In this document: one piece after another, positions 23,711 to 35,766 of the stretch | How the letters are laid out: each line of letters opens with the position of its first letter | Numbering within the stretch: the first letter of the stretch is position 1 | Assembly: GCA_965225945.1 (NCBI GenBank) | Contig: CBDDBZ010000036.1 | Span: forward strand, 381,513 to 445,512 | Direction of reading: 5' to 3' | Source: Alphaproteobacteria bacterium | GTDB lineage: Bacteria; Pseudomonadota; Alphaproteobacteria; GCA-2731375 | Length of the DNA stretch: 64,000 bases | The notes under the pieces: model-generated | Database searches by the model: none | What the model was told of the DNA's origin: nothing | Seen by the model: the letters and a program-made list of their open reading frames with translations, nothing else | Position numbers and translations under genes: made by a program

Positions 23711-24697
23711 ATGGCCATCCAGCTCGGACATTTACGGCTCGAAGATCGCGTGATCCTGGCACCCATGTCGGGCGTGACGGACGCGCCGTTTCGCCGTTTG
23801 GTGCAGCGCCTCGGGGGCGGCGTCGTGGTGACGGAGATGGTCGCCAGCTCGGGGGTGGTGAAGCAGAGCCGCGAGAGCCTGCGCCGGATGCGCAACGACG
23901 GGGTGTCGGGCCCCCATATCGTCCAGCTCGCCGGCGCGGATCCCGAGGTCATGGCCGAGGCGGCGCGCCTCAACCAGGATCTCGGCGCGGACGTCATCGA
24001 CATCAACATGGGCTGTCCGGCGAAAAAAGTAGTGGGCAAGCTCGTCGGCTCCGCCATCATGAAGGACGAAGCGCTGGCGCGCCGCATTCTGGAGGCGATA
24101 CGCCGGGCCGTCTCGATCCCGGTCACGCTCAAGATGCGGGCGGGATGGGACCGCGAGCACCGCAACGCGCCGGCGCTCGCCCGGATCGCCCAGGACGTCG
24201 GCATCGCCATGATAACGGTGCATGGCCGGACCCGGGATCAAGGTTTCAAGGGTCGGGCCGACAGAACTTTCATATGTCAGGTGAAGAATTCGGTGCAAAT
24301 TCCTGTCATCGCAAATGGTGATGTCAATTCGCCTTCCGACGCGTTCAATATGCTTTCATCTTCGGGCGCGGACGGTGTCATGGTCGGTCGGGGCGTTTTC
24401 GGACGTCCATGGCTGATCGGGCAGATTTCCCGCGCCCTCGGCGGGGGCGACGGGCGTCGGGGGGCGCCCGCCAGGGCGGAGCGGCTGGCGATCGTCCTGG
24501 GCCACTACGAGGCGATGCTGAGCCATTATGGGCGGGAGATCGGCCGCCGCGTCGCCCGTAAGCATCTCGGCTGGTATCTGGCCCGGGAGGGCGTGGGCGA
24601 GGATCGGCGCCGGCGGATCCTGCGCGAGGACTCAGCCTCCCGGGTGATGGCCGAGCTCGGGGCCGTCTACCGCGAAGCCGAGAGCCGGGCGGCCTGA
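23711..24697 (+). CDS. dusB: tRNA dihydrouridine synthase
   Basis: LAPMSG, DINMGCP, VHGRT, IANGD; precedes ntrBC. Confidence 0.95.
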   Translation: MAIQLGHLRLEDRVILAPMSGVTDAPFRRLVQRLGGGVVVTEMVASSGVVKQSRESLRRMRNDGVSGPHIVQLAGADPEVMAEAARLNQDLGADVIDINMGCPAKKVVGKLVGSAIMKDEALARRILEAIRRAVSIPVTLKMRAGWDREHRNAPALARIAQDVGIAMITVHGRTRDQGFKGRADRTFICQVKNSVQIPVIANGDVNSPSDAFNMLSSSGADGVMVGRGVFGRPWLIGQISRALGGGDGRRGAPARAERLAIVLGHYEAMLSHYGREIGRRVARKHLGWYLAREGVGEDRRRRILREDSASRVMAELGAVYREAESRAA

Positions 24698-24701
24698 CGC
24701 C

Positions 24702-25804
24702 GTGGCCGGCCCTCGCGCATTGCCCGGGCACGGCGCCGAAATTTCCCTCGACGCGGTCTTCGCCTCGCTGCCCAATCCGGTTCTCGTCGTCGGCGCCGAC
24801 GGGCGCCTGGTCGATCTCAACCCCGCCGCCGAGCAGTTCTTCCAGTCGGGCCGGACGCATCTCGTCGGCCACGCGCTGGAGGACCTCGTGCCCTATGGCA
24901 GCCCGCTCCTCCAAGTGCTGCGCCAAGCGGTCGAGGCGGCGATGACGGTGTCCGAGCACGAGGTCGATCTGGGCACGCCGCGAACCGGGGTCAAGCCGGC
25001 GAACATCTCGGTCGCGCCGATCATCGAGACGCCGGGCGCCGCCGTCATCGTCCTGCGGGAGACCTCCATCGCCAATCGCATGGACCGCCAGCTCAGCCAT
25101 CGCGGCAGCGCCCGAGTGGTGAACGGCATGGCGGCGGTCTTGGCGCACGAGATCAAGAACCCGCTGAGCGGCATCCGGGGCGCGGCGCAACTGCTGGAGA
25201 GCGCGGTGCCGGCGGAAGAAAGGGTGCTGACGCGGCTGATCTGCGACGAGACCGACCGCGTCTGCGCGCTGATCGATCGCATGGAAAGCTTCTCCGCCGA
25301 GCCAGTGGCGCGCGACGCGGTCAATATCCACGAGGTGATGGAGCGGGTGCGGCGGATCGCGGAGGCCGGCTTCGCCGCCCATGTGGAGATCGTGGAGCAC
25401 TACGATCCCTCCCTGCCGCCGGTCCACGGCAACGCGGATCAACTGGTGCAGATATTCCTCAACTTGGTCAAGAACGCGGCCGAGGCGGTGCCCCGGACGG
25501 GCGGGAGGATCGTGCTCGCCACCGCCTTCCGCCATGGCGTCAGGCTCGCCGTCGCCGGCAGCCGCACGCCCCATCGCCTGCCGCTCGAGGTGACGGTGCG
25601 CGACAACGGCGGCGGCGTGCCGGAGGATTTGCTACCACACCTGTTCGATCCCTTCGTCACCACCAAGCGCGCCGGCACCGGCCTCGGCCTGGCGCTGGTG
25701 GCCAAGCTGATTCCTGATCACGGCGGCACGGTGGCCTGCGAATCCGAGCCCGCCAACACCCTCTTCCGGGTGCTGCTGCCGGTCGCGGAAGCAAGGCCGG
25801 GCGG

Positions 25805-25808
<4 letters not shown>
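24702..25808 (+). CDS. ntrB: Nitrogen regulation histidine kinase
   Basis: PAS domain, [25 protein letters not shown]. Confidence 0.95.
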
Positions 25809-27247
<1,439 letters not shown>

Positions 27248-27319
27248 GGCAGATGTGCAACAGACTGTGCCTTCGCGGTCGCAGTCGGATGCTTCGCTGG
27301 CGAGACCGGGACGACGAGA

Positions 27320-29629
27320 GTGGCGACGACGGACGGCGAGCCCCTGGTGAACGAGATCGCGACGCCGACGCGGTGCGCGAAATCGCGGCTGATGCGCCGT
27401 GCCGGCGCGTGGACCCGGCGGACGCGGCTCGCGGGCAAACTCGCCATGGTGCTGGCGGTGGCGGCGGGCGCCGCCGGCATCGCCACCTACGCCGCCTGGA
27501 CCGCGGCCGGTCCCCAGGGGCCGAACCCGAGGGTGGTGCTGGCCCTGCTGATCGTCGACTTGGTGCTGCTCCTGCTGCTGGGGGCCTTGATCGCCCGGCA
27601 GTTGACGCGGCTCTGGGTCGAGCGGCGTAGCGGTTCCGCCGGGTCCAAACTCCATGTCCGGCTGGTGGCGCTTTTCAGCGTCGTCGCGGTGGTGCCGGCG
27701 ATCGTGACGGTGGTGTTCTCGGTGCTGCTGTTTCACCTCGGGGTGCAGACCTGGTTCAGCGAACGGGTGCACACCGCGGTCCGGGAATCGCTCGCCGTGG
27801 CGGACGCCTATCTCGCCGAGCATCGAAACGTCATTCGCGGCGACGCGCTGGCCATGGCCAACGACCTCAACCGGGCGGCGCCGAACCTGGCCAGGCGGCC
27901 GCAACTCTTCAACTCCATCCTGCAGACCCAGGCCGCGCTACGCTCGCTCAGCGAGGCGACGGTGTTCGATTCCACCGGTCGGGTCATCGCCCGGACCTCG
28001 CTCTCGCTGGCCGCCGCCTTCGATCGAGTGCCGCTCAGCGTCATCGACCGGGCTCGGGAGGGCGAACTGCTGATCCTCGGCAAGGAAGGCGAGGACAGCG
28101 TCTACGCCCTGATCCGCCTGGATCGTTTCATCGACGCCTATCTGTACGTCGGCCGGTTTGTCGATCCGGTGGTGTTGGGCCATGCCGAACGCACGCGGAA
28201 CGTATTTTCCGAGTACGAGACGCTGGAAAGCATGCGGTCCGACATCCAGGTCACGTCGGTGCTGATCTTCATCGTCGTGGCGCTGCTGCTGTTGGTCGTC
28301 GCGGTCTGGTTGGGCCTGCATTTCGCCACCACCATCGTGCGTCCCATCGCCGGGTTGGTGATGGCGACGGAGCGTGTCCGGGACGGCGATCTCACGGCGG
28401 TGGTGCCGATCACCGGCCCCGACGACGAGATCGGCACCCTCTCGCGGGCCTTCAACCGCATGACCCGACAGTTGGCCTCGCAACGCGAGGATCTGGTCGA
28501 GGCCAACCGCAAGCTCGACCGACGGCGGCGGTTCACCGAGGCGGTGTTGAGCGGCGTTTCCGCCGGCGTGATCGGCGCCGACCGGGACGGCCGGATAAAT
28601 CTTCCCAACCGTTCCGCCGCCGACCTGCTGGAGACCGATCTCGAGGAGATGAGCGGCCGCCGGCTCGATGAGGTGGCGCCGGAACTCGCGGCCCTGCTGG
28701 AGGAGGCGCGGAACCGGCCCGGCCGCGTCGTCGAGCGTCAGATCACCCTGATCCGGGGCGCGCGGCGCCGGACGCTCTACGTCCGCGTCGACACCGACCG
28801 GGCGCCGGCGCGCGATCACGGCGGCTTCATCATTACCTTCGACGACATCAGCGAACTCGTCACCGCCCAGCGCACCGCCGCCTGGGCCGACGTCGCCCGT
28901 CGCATCGCGCACGAGATCAAGAACCCGCTGACGCCGATTCAACTCTCGGCCGAACGGCTCAAGCGCAAATACAGCAAACAGATCCAGACCGACCACGAGG
29001 TCTTCACCCGCTGTACGGACACCATCATTCGCCATGTCGGCGAGATCGGCCGCATGGTGGACGAGTTTTCCGCCTTCGCACGGATGCCCGCGCCGGTCAT
29101 CCGGCGGGCGGATTTGGCCGAGCTCGTGCGCCAGTCGGTGTTCACGCGACAGGTGGCGCACGGCGGCATCGAGTTCGCGCTCGCCCTGCCCGAGGGCGCG
29201 GTCGCCGTCGACTGTGACGGGCGACAGATCGGCCAGGCGCTGACCAACGTGTTGAAGAACGCGGCCGAGGCGATCGAGGGCCGGGGCGACGATGCGGCCG
29301 GGTCGGCGCTTGGACGGGTGGACGTGGCGCTCGTGGCCGACGCGGAAACGGTGACGATCGAAATCGCCGACAACGGCCGGGGGCTTCCCGAGGACGAACG
29401 GGAGCGCCTGACCGAGCCCTATGTGACGACGCGCAAGGAAGGTAGCGGCCTCGGCCTGGCGATCACCCAAAAGATCGTCGAGGACCACGGCGGGCGCCTG
29501 GCGCTGGACGACCGGGAGGGAGGCGGCGCGGTGGTCCGCGTCGTCCTGCCGCGCCGACGCGCGGCGCGCACCGAAAGCGACGGCAACGACAACCTGACGG
29601 AAATGGACGGGGTAGCCCATGGCTCGTGA
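27320..29629 (+). CDS. ntrY: Sensor histidine kinase
   Basis: TM-HAMP-PAS-HisKA ([19 protein letters not shown]); start codon uncertain. Confidence 0.94.
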   Translation: MATTDGEPLVNEIATPTRCAKSRLMRRAGAWTRRTRLAGKLAMVLAVAAGAAGIATYAAWTAAGPQGPNPRVVLALLIVDLVLLLLLGALIARQLTRLWVERRSGSAGSKLHVRLVALFSVVAVVPAIVTVVFSVLLFHLGVQTWFSERVHTAVRESLAVADAYLAEHRNVIRGDALAMANDLNRAAPNLARRPQLFNSILQTQAALRSLSEATVFDSTGRVIARTSLSLAAAFDRVPLSVIDRAREGELLILGKEGEDSVYALIRLDRFIDAYLYVGRFVDPVVLGHAERTRNVFSEYETLESMRSDIQVTSVLIFIVVALLLLVVAVWLGLHFATTIVRPIAGLVMATERVRDGDLTAVVPITGPDDEIGTLSRAFNRMTRQLASQREDLVEANRKLDRRRRFTEAVLSGVSAGVIGADRDGRINLPNRSAADLLETDLEEMSGRRLDEVAPELAALLEEARNRPGRVVERQITLIRGARRRTLYVRVDTDRAPARDHGGFIITFDDISELVTAQRTAAWADVARRIAHEIKNPLTPIQLSAERLKRKYSKQIQTDHEVFTRCTDTIIRHVGEIGRMVDEFSAFARMPAPVIRRADLAELVRQSVFTRQVAHGGIEFALALPEGAVAVDCDGRQIGQALTNVLKNAAEAIEGRGDDAAGSALGRVDVALVADAETVTIEIADNGRGLPEDERERLTEPYVTTRKEGSGLGLAITQKIVEDHGGRLALDDREGGGAVVRVVLPRRRAARTESDGNDNLTEMDGVAHGS

Positions 29630-31058
29630 TATTCTGATCGTCGACGACGAGGTCGGCATCCGGGAAATTCTCTCCGAAATACTGCAAGACGAGGGATATG
29701 ACACACGTATTGCTAGCGACAGCGAGGGCTTTCTCACCGCCATGGCGGCACGACGACCCTCGCTCGTCATTCTCGATATCTGGCTCCAAGGTAGCCGACA
29801 CGACGGCCTGGAATTGCTCGACTTCCTGAAGCGCGAGCACGACGAGGTCCCGGTGGTCATGATCTCGGGGCACGGCAACATCGAAGCCGCGGTCTCGGCC
29901 ATCAAGCGGGGGGCGTACGACTACATCGAGAAGCCCTTCGAGGCCGACAAGCTGATGCTCATCGTCGAGCGTGCGATCAGCGCGGCACGCCTCGTGCGGG
30001 AGAATCGCGAACTCCGGAGCAAGGCCGTGCGCGAGACCGAGATCATCGGCCAGAGCGCGGCGATCAACGCCGTTCGCGCCGCGATCCAGAAGGTCGCCCA
30101 GACCCGCAGCCGGGTCATGATCACCGGCCCGGCCGGCTCCGGCAAGGAGGTCGTCGCCCGCCATCTGCACGCGCTGTCCGATCGCGCCGAGGGGCCATTC
30201 GTCGCCCTCAACGCGGCGATGCTGTCGCCGGAGCGGGTGGAGATCGAGCTGTTCGGCGCCGAGGAGGGCGGCAACGGCTCGGGCATGCACCGGGTCGGCC
30301 TGTTGGAGCAGGCCCATGGCGGCACCTTGTTCCTGGACGAGGTCGCCGACATGCCTTACGAGACCCAGGGCAAGATCCTGCGTTGCCTGGTCGACCAGAG
30401 CTTCCAGCGGGTCGGTGGCGGCTCAAAGGTCGAGGTCGACGTCCGCATCGTGAGCGCCACGGCCCGCGACCTCCGCGTCGAGATCGGCCAGCACCGCTTC
30501 CGCGAGGATCTCTACCACCGCCTGAACGTGGTGCCGGTCGACGTTCCGGGGCTCGGCGAACGCACGGAGGACATTCCGTTGCTGGTCGACTATTTCATGG
30601 CCCGCTCGGCCGAGATGCTGGGCCTGGCGGCGCGGCGGATCAGCGAGGAGGCGTTGGTGGCGCTGCAGAGCTATGGCTGGCCCGGAAATGTGCGTCAACT
30701 CCGCAACATCCTGGAGCAGGTGCTGATCATGAGCCCGGCGGACACCGGCGAGGCCATCCGGGCCGAGATGTTGCCCCAGGAGGTGCGCATGCCGACGCCG
30801 TCCTCGCTGTTGCCGAGCAACAACGAGGAGGTGATGTCGCTTTCGCTGAGGGAAGCGCGCGAGGTCTTCGAACGGCAGTATCTGATGGCCCAGGTCGGTC
30901 GCTTCGGCGGCAACATTTCCCGCACCGCCGAGTTTATCGGCATGGAGCGCTCGGCGCTGCACCGCAAGCTGAAGGCGCTGGGCGTGCACCACCGCAACGC
31001 TAGCGGCAAGGGCCTCGCCACCGAGGCCGCGCCGGACCTGGTCCCGGCCGAGGCGTGA
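29619..31058 (+). CDS. ntrX: Response regulator
   Basis: LDIWL receiver, AAA+ lacking GAFTGA, MERSALHRKL HTH. Confidence 0.95.
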   Translation: MARDILIVDDEVGIREILSEILQDEGYDTRIASDSEGFLTAMAARRPSLVILDIWLQGSRHDGLELLDFLKREHDEVPVVMISGHGNIEAAVSAIKRGAYDYIEKPFEADKLMLIVERAISAARLVRENRELRSKAVRETEIIGQSAAINAVRAAIQKVAQTRSRVMITGPAGSGKEVVARHLHALSDRAEGPFVALNAAMLSPERVEIELFGAEEGGNGSGMHRVGLLEQAHGGTLFLDEVADMPYETQGKILRCLVDQSFQRVGGGSKVEVDVRIVSATARDLRVEIGQHRFREDLYHRLNVVPVDVPGLGERTEDIPLLVDYFMARSAEMLGLAARRISEEALVALQSYGWPGNVRQLRNILEQVLIMSPADTGEAIRAEMLPQEVRMPTPSSLLPSNNEEVMSLSLREAREVFERQYLMAQVGRFGGNISRTAEFIGMERSALHRKLKALGVHHRNASGKGLATEAAPDLVPAEA

Positions 31059-32431
31059 ATATCGTCATCTGCGGGGCCGGCCAGGTCGGCTTCCCGATCG
31101 CCCGTCAACTTGCGGAGGAACACAACGACATCACCATTGTCGACACGAACCCGCAGTTGATCCAAAGGGTCAACGACACCTTGGATGCGCAAGGAATGAT
31201 TGGTTTTGCCTCGCATCCGGATGTATTGGAGCGGGCCGGCGTCGAGGACGCCGACATGCTGATCGCGGTGACCTACGCCGACGAGGTGAACATGGTCGCC
31301 TGCCAGGTCGCGCATTCTCTCTTCAACGTGCCGACCAAGATCGCCCGGGTCCGCGCCCAGAGTTACCTCAATCCGATCTGGCGCGATCTGTTCAGCCGCG
31401 ACCACATGCCGATCGACGTCATCATCTCGCCCGAGATCGAGGTCGCGGAAGCCGTGGTGCGCCGCCTGCACGTACCCGGCGCATTCGACACCATTCCCTT
31501 CGCCGAAGGCGCGGTACAGGTGATCGGTGTCTTCGTCGGCGAGGATTGCCCGGTGAGCGATACGCCGATGCGCCAGCTCACCGAGCTGTTCCCCGATCTC
31601 AACATCGTCGTCGTCGCCATCGTCCGGGGCGACCGGATGGTGGTGCCGACCGGGGACGACCAGATGCGGGCGGGCGACGAGATCTATTTCGTCGCCGACA
31701 GCAATCACGTCGCCCGCGCGATGGCGCTGTTCGGTCACGAGGAGCAAGAGGCGCGGCGGATGATCATTGTCGGCGGCGGCAACATCGGCCTCTATATCGC
31801 GGGCCTGATCGAGGGCGAGGACAGTGGCGTGCGCGTCAATTTGATCGAGCGCAATCCCGAGCGTGCGCGCCTGGTCGCCGACCGGCTGGAACACGCCGTC
31901 GTCATCAACGGCGACGCGCTCGACCGCGAGATCCTGAGCGAGGCGAACGTCGAGAGCACGGAAACGGTGGTCGCGGTCACCGACGATGATCAAGTCAACA
32001 TCCTGGTCTCGCTGCTGGCCAAGCGCCAGGGCACCGAACGGGTGGTGACGCTGATCAACAACGCGAGTTACGGACCGCTGATCTCCTCCCTCGGCATCGA
32101 CGTCGCGGTCAATCCGCGCGCGACCACGGTCTCCTCGATCCTGCGACACGTCAGGCGCGGCCGCATTCGCGGCGTCTATAGCTTGCGCGACGGCATGGCG
32201 GAGATCATCGACGCCGAGGCGATGGAGACCTCCCCCCTGGTCGGCCAACCCTTGCGCGAGGCGCGCGTTCCCTCCGGCGTCATCGTCGGCGCCGTGGTCC
32301 GCGAGGGCACCATCGTGATCCCTCGGGGCGATACGGTGATCAAGACCGGCGACCGGGTGATCATGTTCGCGCTCGCCGACCGGGTCCGCCAGGTGGAGAA
32401 GATGTTCTCGGTTCGGATCGACTTCTTCTGA
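31055..32431 (+). CDS. trkA: Trk potassium uptake NAD-binding subunit
   Basis: Two RCK domains (GAGQVG, GGGNIG). Confidence 0.96.
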   Translation: MNIVICGAGQVGFPIARQLAEEHNDITIVDTNPQLIQRVNDTLDAQGMIGFASHPDVLERAGVEDADMLIAVTYADEVNMVACQVAHSLFNVPTKIARVRAQSYLNPIWRDLFSRDHMPIDVIISPEIEVAEAVVRRLHVPGAFDTIPFAEGAVQVIGVFVGEDCPVSDTPMRQLTELFPDLNIVVVAIVRGDRMVVPTGDDQMRAGDEIYFVADSNHVARAMALFGHEEQEARRMIIVGGGNIGLYIAGLIEGEDSGVRVNLIERNPERARLVADRLEHAVVINGDALDREILSEANVESTETVVAVTDDDQVNILVSLLAKRQGTERVVTLINNASYGPLISSLGIDVAVNPRATTVSSILRHVRRGRIRGVYSLRDGMAEIIDAEAMETSPLVGQPLREARVPSGVIVGAVVREGTIVIPRGDTVIKTGDRVIMFALADRVRQVEKMFSVRIDFF

Positions 32432-32625
32432 TCGAAGGGGGCGGCGAGGGGGCGAAGCTTGCTATTGCCGGGATTCCCGACCATGTAGGGGAGGTGCCGC
32501 CTCCGAACCGGCGTGGGACGCGATCCGAACGGCCAGAGGTGGCGGCATCCCCTCGTGTATCGGGGCGCCGGCCCCGAGATGACAAGGAAGAATGGCGTAA
32601 CAACGAATAAAGGGTTCGCTTTCCG

Positions 32626-32883
32626 ATGTCAGAACGCTCGCACAACGTCCAGGACGTGTTTCTCAACCATGTCCGCAAAAACCACACTCCCGTCACGGTG
32701 TTCCTGGTAAACGGCGTCAAGTTGCAAGGCGCGATCAGCGGCTTCGACAACTTTTGCGTGCTGTTGAAGCGCGACGCCCACATCCAGTTGGTCTACAAGC
32801 ACGCGATTTCGACGGTCATGCCGGCGACACCGGTACAGCTTTACGACCCCGCGCAGACCGAGGAGGTGACCGAGTCGGCGTGA
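32626..32883 (+). CDS. hfq: RNA chaperone
   Basis: [18 protein letters not shown]. Confidence 0.98.
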   Translation: MSERSHNVQDVFLNHVRKNHTPVTVFLVNGVKLQGAISGFDNFCVLLKRDAHIQLVYKHAISTVMPATPVQLYDPAQTEEVTESA

Positions 32884-34214
32884 GCGAACGGTTTCACGCC
32901 GCCGAGGGCGGGCCGGGCGCCAGCGGGCGCTGCCTCGTCATCCATCCCGATGTCGGCCGCGCCGCGGCGCGGACCCCGGAGGCGATGCTGGAAGAGGCGG
33001 TGGGCCTCGCGCGCGCCATCGACCTCGAGGTCGTCCATGGCGAAGTGGTGCCGCTCCCGCGCGCGCGGGCCAAGACGCTGCTGGGCACCGGCAAGGTGGT
33101 GGCGCTCGCCGATGCCGTGCGCGAGCTCGAGGCGGAACTGGTGGTGGTGAACGCGCCGCTCGGTCCCGTGCAGCAACGAAATCTCGAAACCGCCTTCAAT
33201 TGCAAGGTGATCGACCGGACAGGCCTGATCCTGGAGATCTTCGGCGCCCGGGCGCGAAGCCGCGAGGGCCGGCTCCAAGTCGATCTCGCCCAGCTCACCT
33301 ACCAGCGCGGCCGGCTGGTCCGGACCTGGACTCATCTGGAGCGCCAGCGCGGTGGTCTCGGCGCCGTCGGCGGGCCGGGTGAAACCCAATTGGAGGCTGA
33401 CCGGCGGATGCTCGACCGGCGGATCGAGTCGATCGCCAAGCGGCTCGACGGCGTTCGACGCACGCGCGAGTTGCAGCGCCGCCGCCGGCGCCAGGCGCCC
33501 CATCCGGTGGTGGCGCTGGTGGGCTATACCAACGCGGGCAAGTCGACCCTCTTCAATCGGCTGAGCCGGGCCGCGGTTTTCGCCGAGGATCAGCTCTTCG
33601 CCACCCTCGACCCGAGCCTGCGCGGCATCGATCTGCCGCGCGCCGGGCGGATCCTCTTGGCCGACACGGTCGGCTTCGTCGCCGAGCTGCCGACCCATCT
33701 GGTGGTGGCCTTCCGCGCGACCCTCGAGGAATTGCGGGAGGCGAGCGTCATCCTGCACGTCCGCGACATCGCCCACCCGGACCGCGAGGCCCAGCGTCTC
33801 GACGTCGAGACGGTGCTGGGCGAACTCGACCTGCTCGGCGCGGACGGACCCCCGCTGCTCGAGGTCTGGAACAAGATAGACCTGCTGGATCCCTCGGGCC
33901 GGGCCGAGGTGGGCGCGAGCGACGGCGATCGGCCGGATCGGGTGGCCCTTTCGGCGTTGAGCGGCGAGGCGTGCGAGCGGCTTCTCGCCCGCTTGGACCA
34001 GATGCTGGCGCCGGCGCGGCAACTGCTCGACGTGTGCTTGGCCCCGGACGACGGCGCCGCGCTCGCCTGGTTGCATGCCCACGGCGAGGTCGTGGCCCGC
34101 GAGGCCGACGAGACCGCCCTACGGCTCCGCGTCGCCCTGACCGCCGCCGATCTCGGGCGCTGGCGCAAGTGGGCCGGTGACAGGCCTTGGGAGGTCGGCG
34201 AAACCTCGCCATGA
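32880..34214 (+). CDS. hflX: GTPase HflX
   Basis: [31 protein letters not shown]. Confidence 0.97.
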   Translation: MSERFHAAEGGPGASGRCLVIHPDVGRAAARTPEAMLEEAVGLARAIDLEVVHGEVVPLPRARAKTLLGTGKVVALADAVRELEAELVVVNAPLGPVQQRNLETAFNCKVIDRTGLILEIFGARARSREGRLQVDLAQLTYQRGRLVRTWTHLERQRGGLGAVGGPGETQLEADRRMLDRRIESIAKRLDGVRRTRELQRRRRRQAPHPVVALVGYTNAGKSTLFNRLSRAAVFAEDQLFATLDPSLRGIDLPRAGRILLADTVGFVAELPTHLVVAFRATLEELREASVILHVRDIAHPDREAQRLDVETVLGELDLLGADGPPLLEVWNKIDLLDPSGRAEVGASDGDRPDRVALSALSGEACERLLARLDQMLAPARQLLDVCLAPDDGAALAWLHAHGEVVAREADETALRLRVALTAADLGRWRKWAGDRPWEVGETSP

Positions 34215-34431
34215 ACCGGGCGGCGCCGGCTCGGCCTAGCTTGGTGTGGCGCGGAAATCGTGGCGGCGAGGGCGCGCGCCCGCGGATCGAGCAAGGGCGG
34301 ATCGCGCTCGGTTCGCGTGTGATGGCGCCCCGAGCCCGGGATCCTTCATCCCTGGCCTCGAGATCGATTTGGCGTCGAACCTCAGAGGCGGATGCCCGGT
34401 CGGGTCGTGCCGCGGGCCGGGTTTTGCGCGG

Positions 34432-34455
34432 GGGAAGCGGGGGAACCCGCTTCCC
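34432..34455. terminator. Hairpin downstream of hflX
   Basis: GGGAAGCGGG-GGAA-CCCGCTTCCC; no U-tract. Confidence 0.4.
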
Positions 34456-34662
34456 GACCGTGACCGTTTGGATTCCAGTTGTTCCGTATTCCGAGCCCTC
34501 GAAGACTTGCGCAATGCGAGCAATGGCATGGAGAGTTCTTGATTTTCGGGTTTGAAGGGGCATATGATCGTGGTATATTGCATCGCTTGCGGATGTACTG
34601 GCGAGCATTCCAGGCATTCGGTTGCAATAATGACGTATTTATGTGGCGGTGCTGATGTGAAT

Positions 34663-34917
34663 ATGATCAGGCGCTTTACCACCGACCAAAGTGGCGGACC
34701 CGCGATTGAATTCGCGTTCATCATTCCGATTTTGCTCGTTCTATTGATGGGAATCATCCAGTTTGGATACGCATTCTACGTCCAGTCCAGCATAACCAAC
34801 GCCGCCCGGGAGGGCGCGAGAGCGCTCTCGGTCAAGGCGGTGACCGCTGGTGGGGGAACCGCCACCGTCTGCACTTCGGCGACGGCCGGCACGGCGGAGT
34901 TCGTTGCCTGCGATTAG
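34663..34917 (+). pseudogene. TadE/TadG-like pseudopilin, 3'-truncated
   Basis: SGGPAIEFAFIIP cleavage/TM motif, AAREGAR; stop created at the IS-like end. Confidence 0.85.
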
Positions 34918-34938
34918 GGACTTATAAAGACTACTTGA
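34917..34938 (+). mobile_element. IS terminal inverted repeat matching 168-189
   Basis: GGGACTTATAAAGACTACTTGA. Confidence 0.6.
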
Positions 34939-35011
34939 AATCACCATCCGCGAAGTCCCGAGCTGGATCAGGCATCCCAGGTCTCATCTCTCAGAGATCC
35001 CTGGTTCCAAG

Positions 35012-35766
35012 CTTGCCTATCCGGTTATCACCCACACCCACTATATGTAGTGTGTCTCCTTGGACTGCAGGCAAGGGCCGGCGCAGGCGCATTGAGGAGG
35101 CGATCCGGCTAATTCTTGATTGTTCTGAAAACCGAACCGGAGTTTAATTCACGTCACGTACTTAACATCGGGGGACGGAACGGTGGCGACCAAGGGAAAA
35201 ACGAAGAAACCCACGGCCAGACGGGAAGCTGCTGATGAAACGACATCGTCTGAGCGATTGACGGCACTAGTCGAAGAAAGCGACGCGCTGGCACGAATCG
35301 TTGCGAAGAACCCGTCCGCGCCTGTTAGTCTCCTGCGCGTTTTGAGTCGCAGCGAAGACGAAGCGACACGCAAGAACGTGATCCTCGATCCGTTTACTTC
35401 ATATGACGTATTGAGCGAACTTGAAAACCAGTTCACAGAGCTATTTGTGAATAATCCGGCACTCGAATCCTACAATTCAATGAAGCTCTGATTTCCTGGA
35501 ATATTCCATCGGTGTCGTTCACCTCCGATTTCAGATAAATTTCAATGAAGTGACGGTCCTTTATGCAACGTGGCGTTTTGCCAAATCCGACTCAATGATT
35601 AGGATTTCCACCACGCTAAAGTGTCGCCTAAAAGGCGCTACAATGCCGTCCGAGTCCCTGCTCGGCATCGCCGGAGATATCTCCGCTTCGACCTGCACCG
35701 AGCTTTACTCAGGAAAATGGGTGCACACTACATATAGTGGGTGTGGGTGATAACCGGATAGGCAAG
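35012..35766 (+). mobile_element. Non-autonomous element copy A (755 bp, 43-bp TIRs)
   Basis: CTTGCCTATCCGGTTATCACCCACACCCACTATATGTAGTGTG inverted at both ends; no transposase; no TSD. Confidence 0.9.
35183..35491 (+). CDS. Passenger ORF resembling leucine-rich-repeat-variant/HEAT-like proteins
   Basis: ARIVAKNPSAPVSLLRVLS..TRKNV..P.T..VL pattern. Confidence 0.55.
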   Translation: MATKGKTKKPTARREAADETTSSERLTALVEESDALARIVAKNPSAPVSLLRVLSRSEDEATRKNVILDPFTSYDVLSELENQFTELFVNNPALESYNSMKL

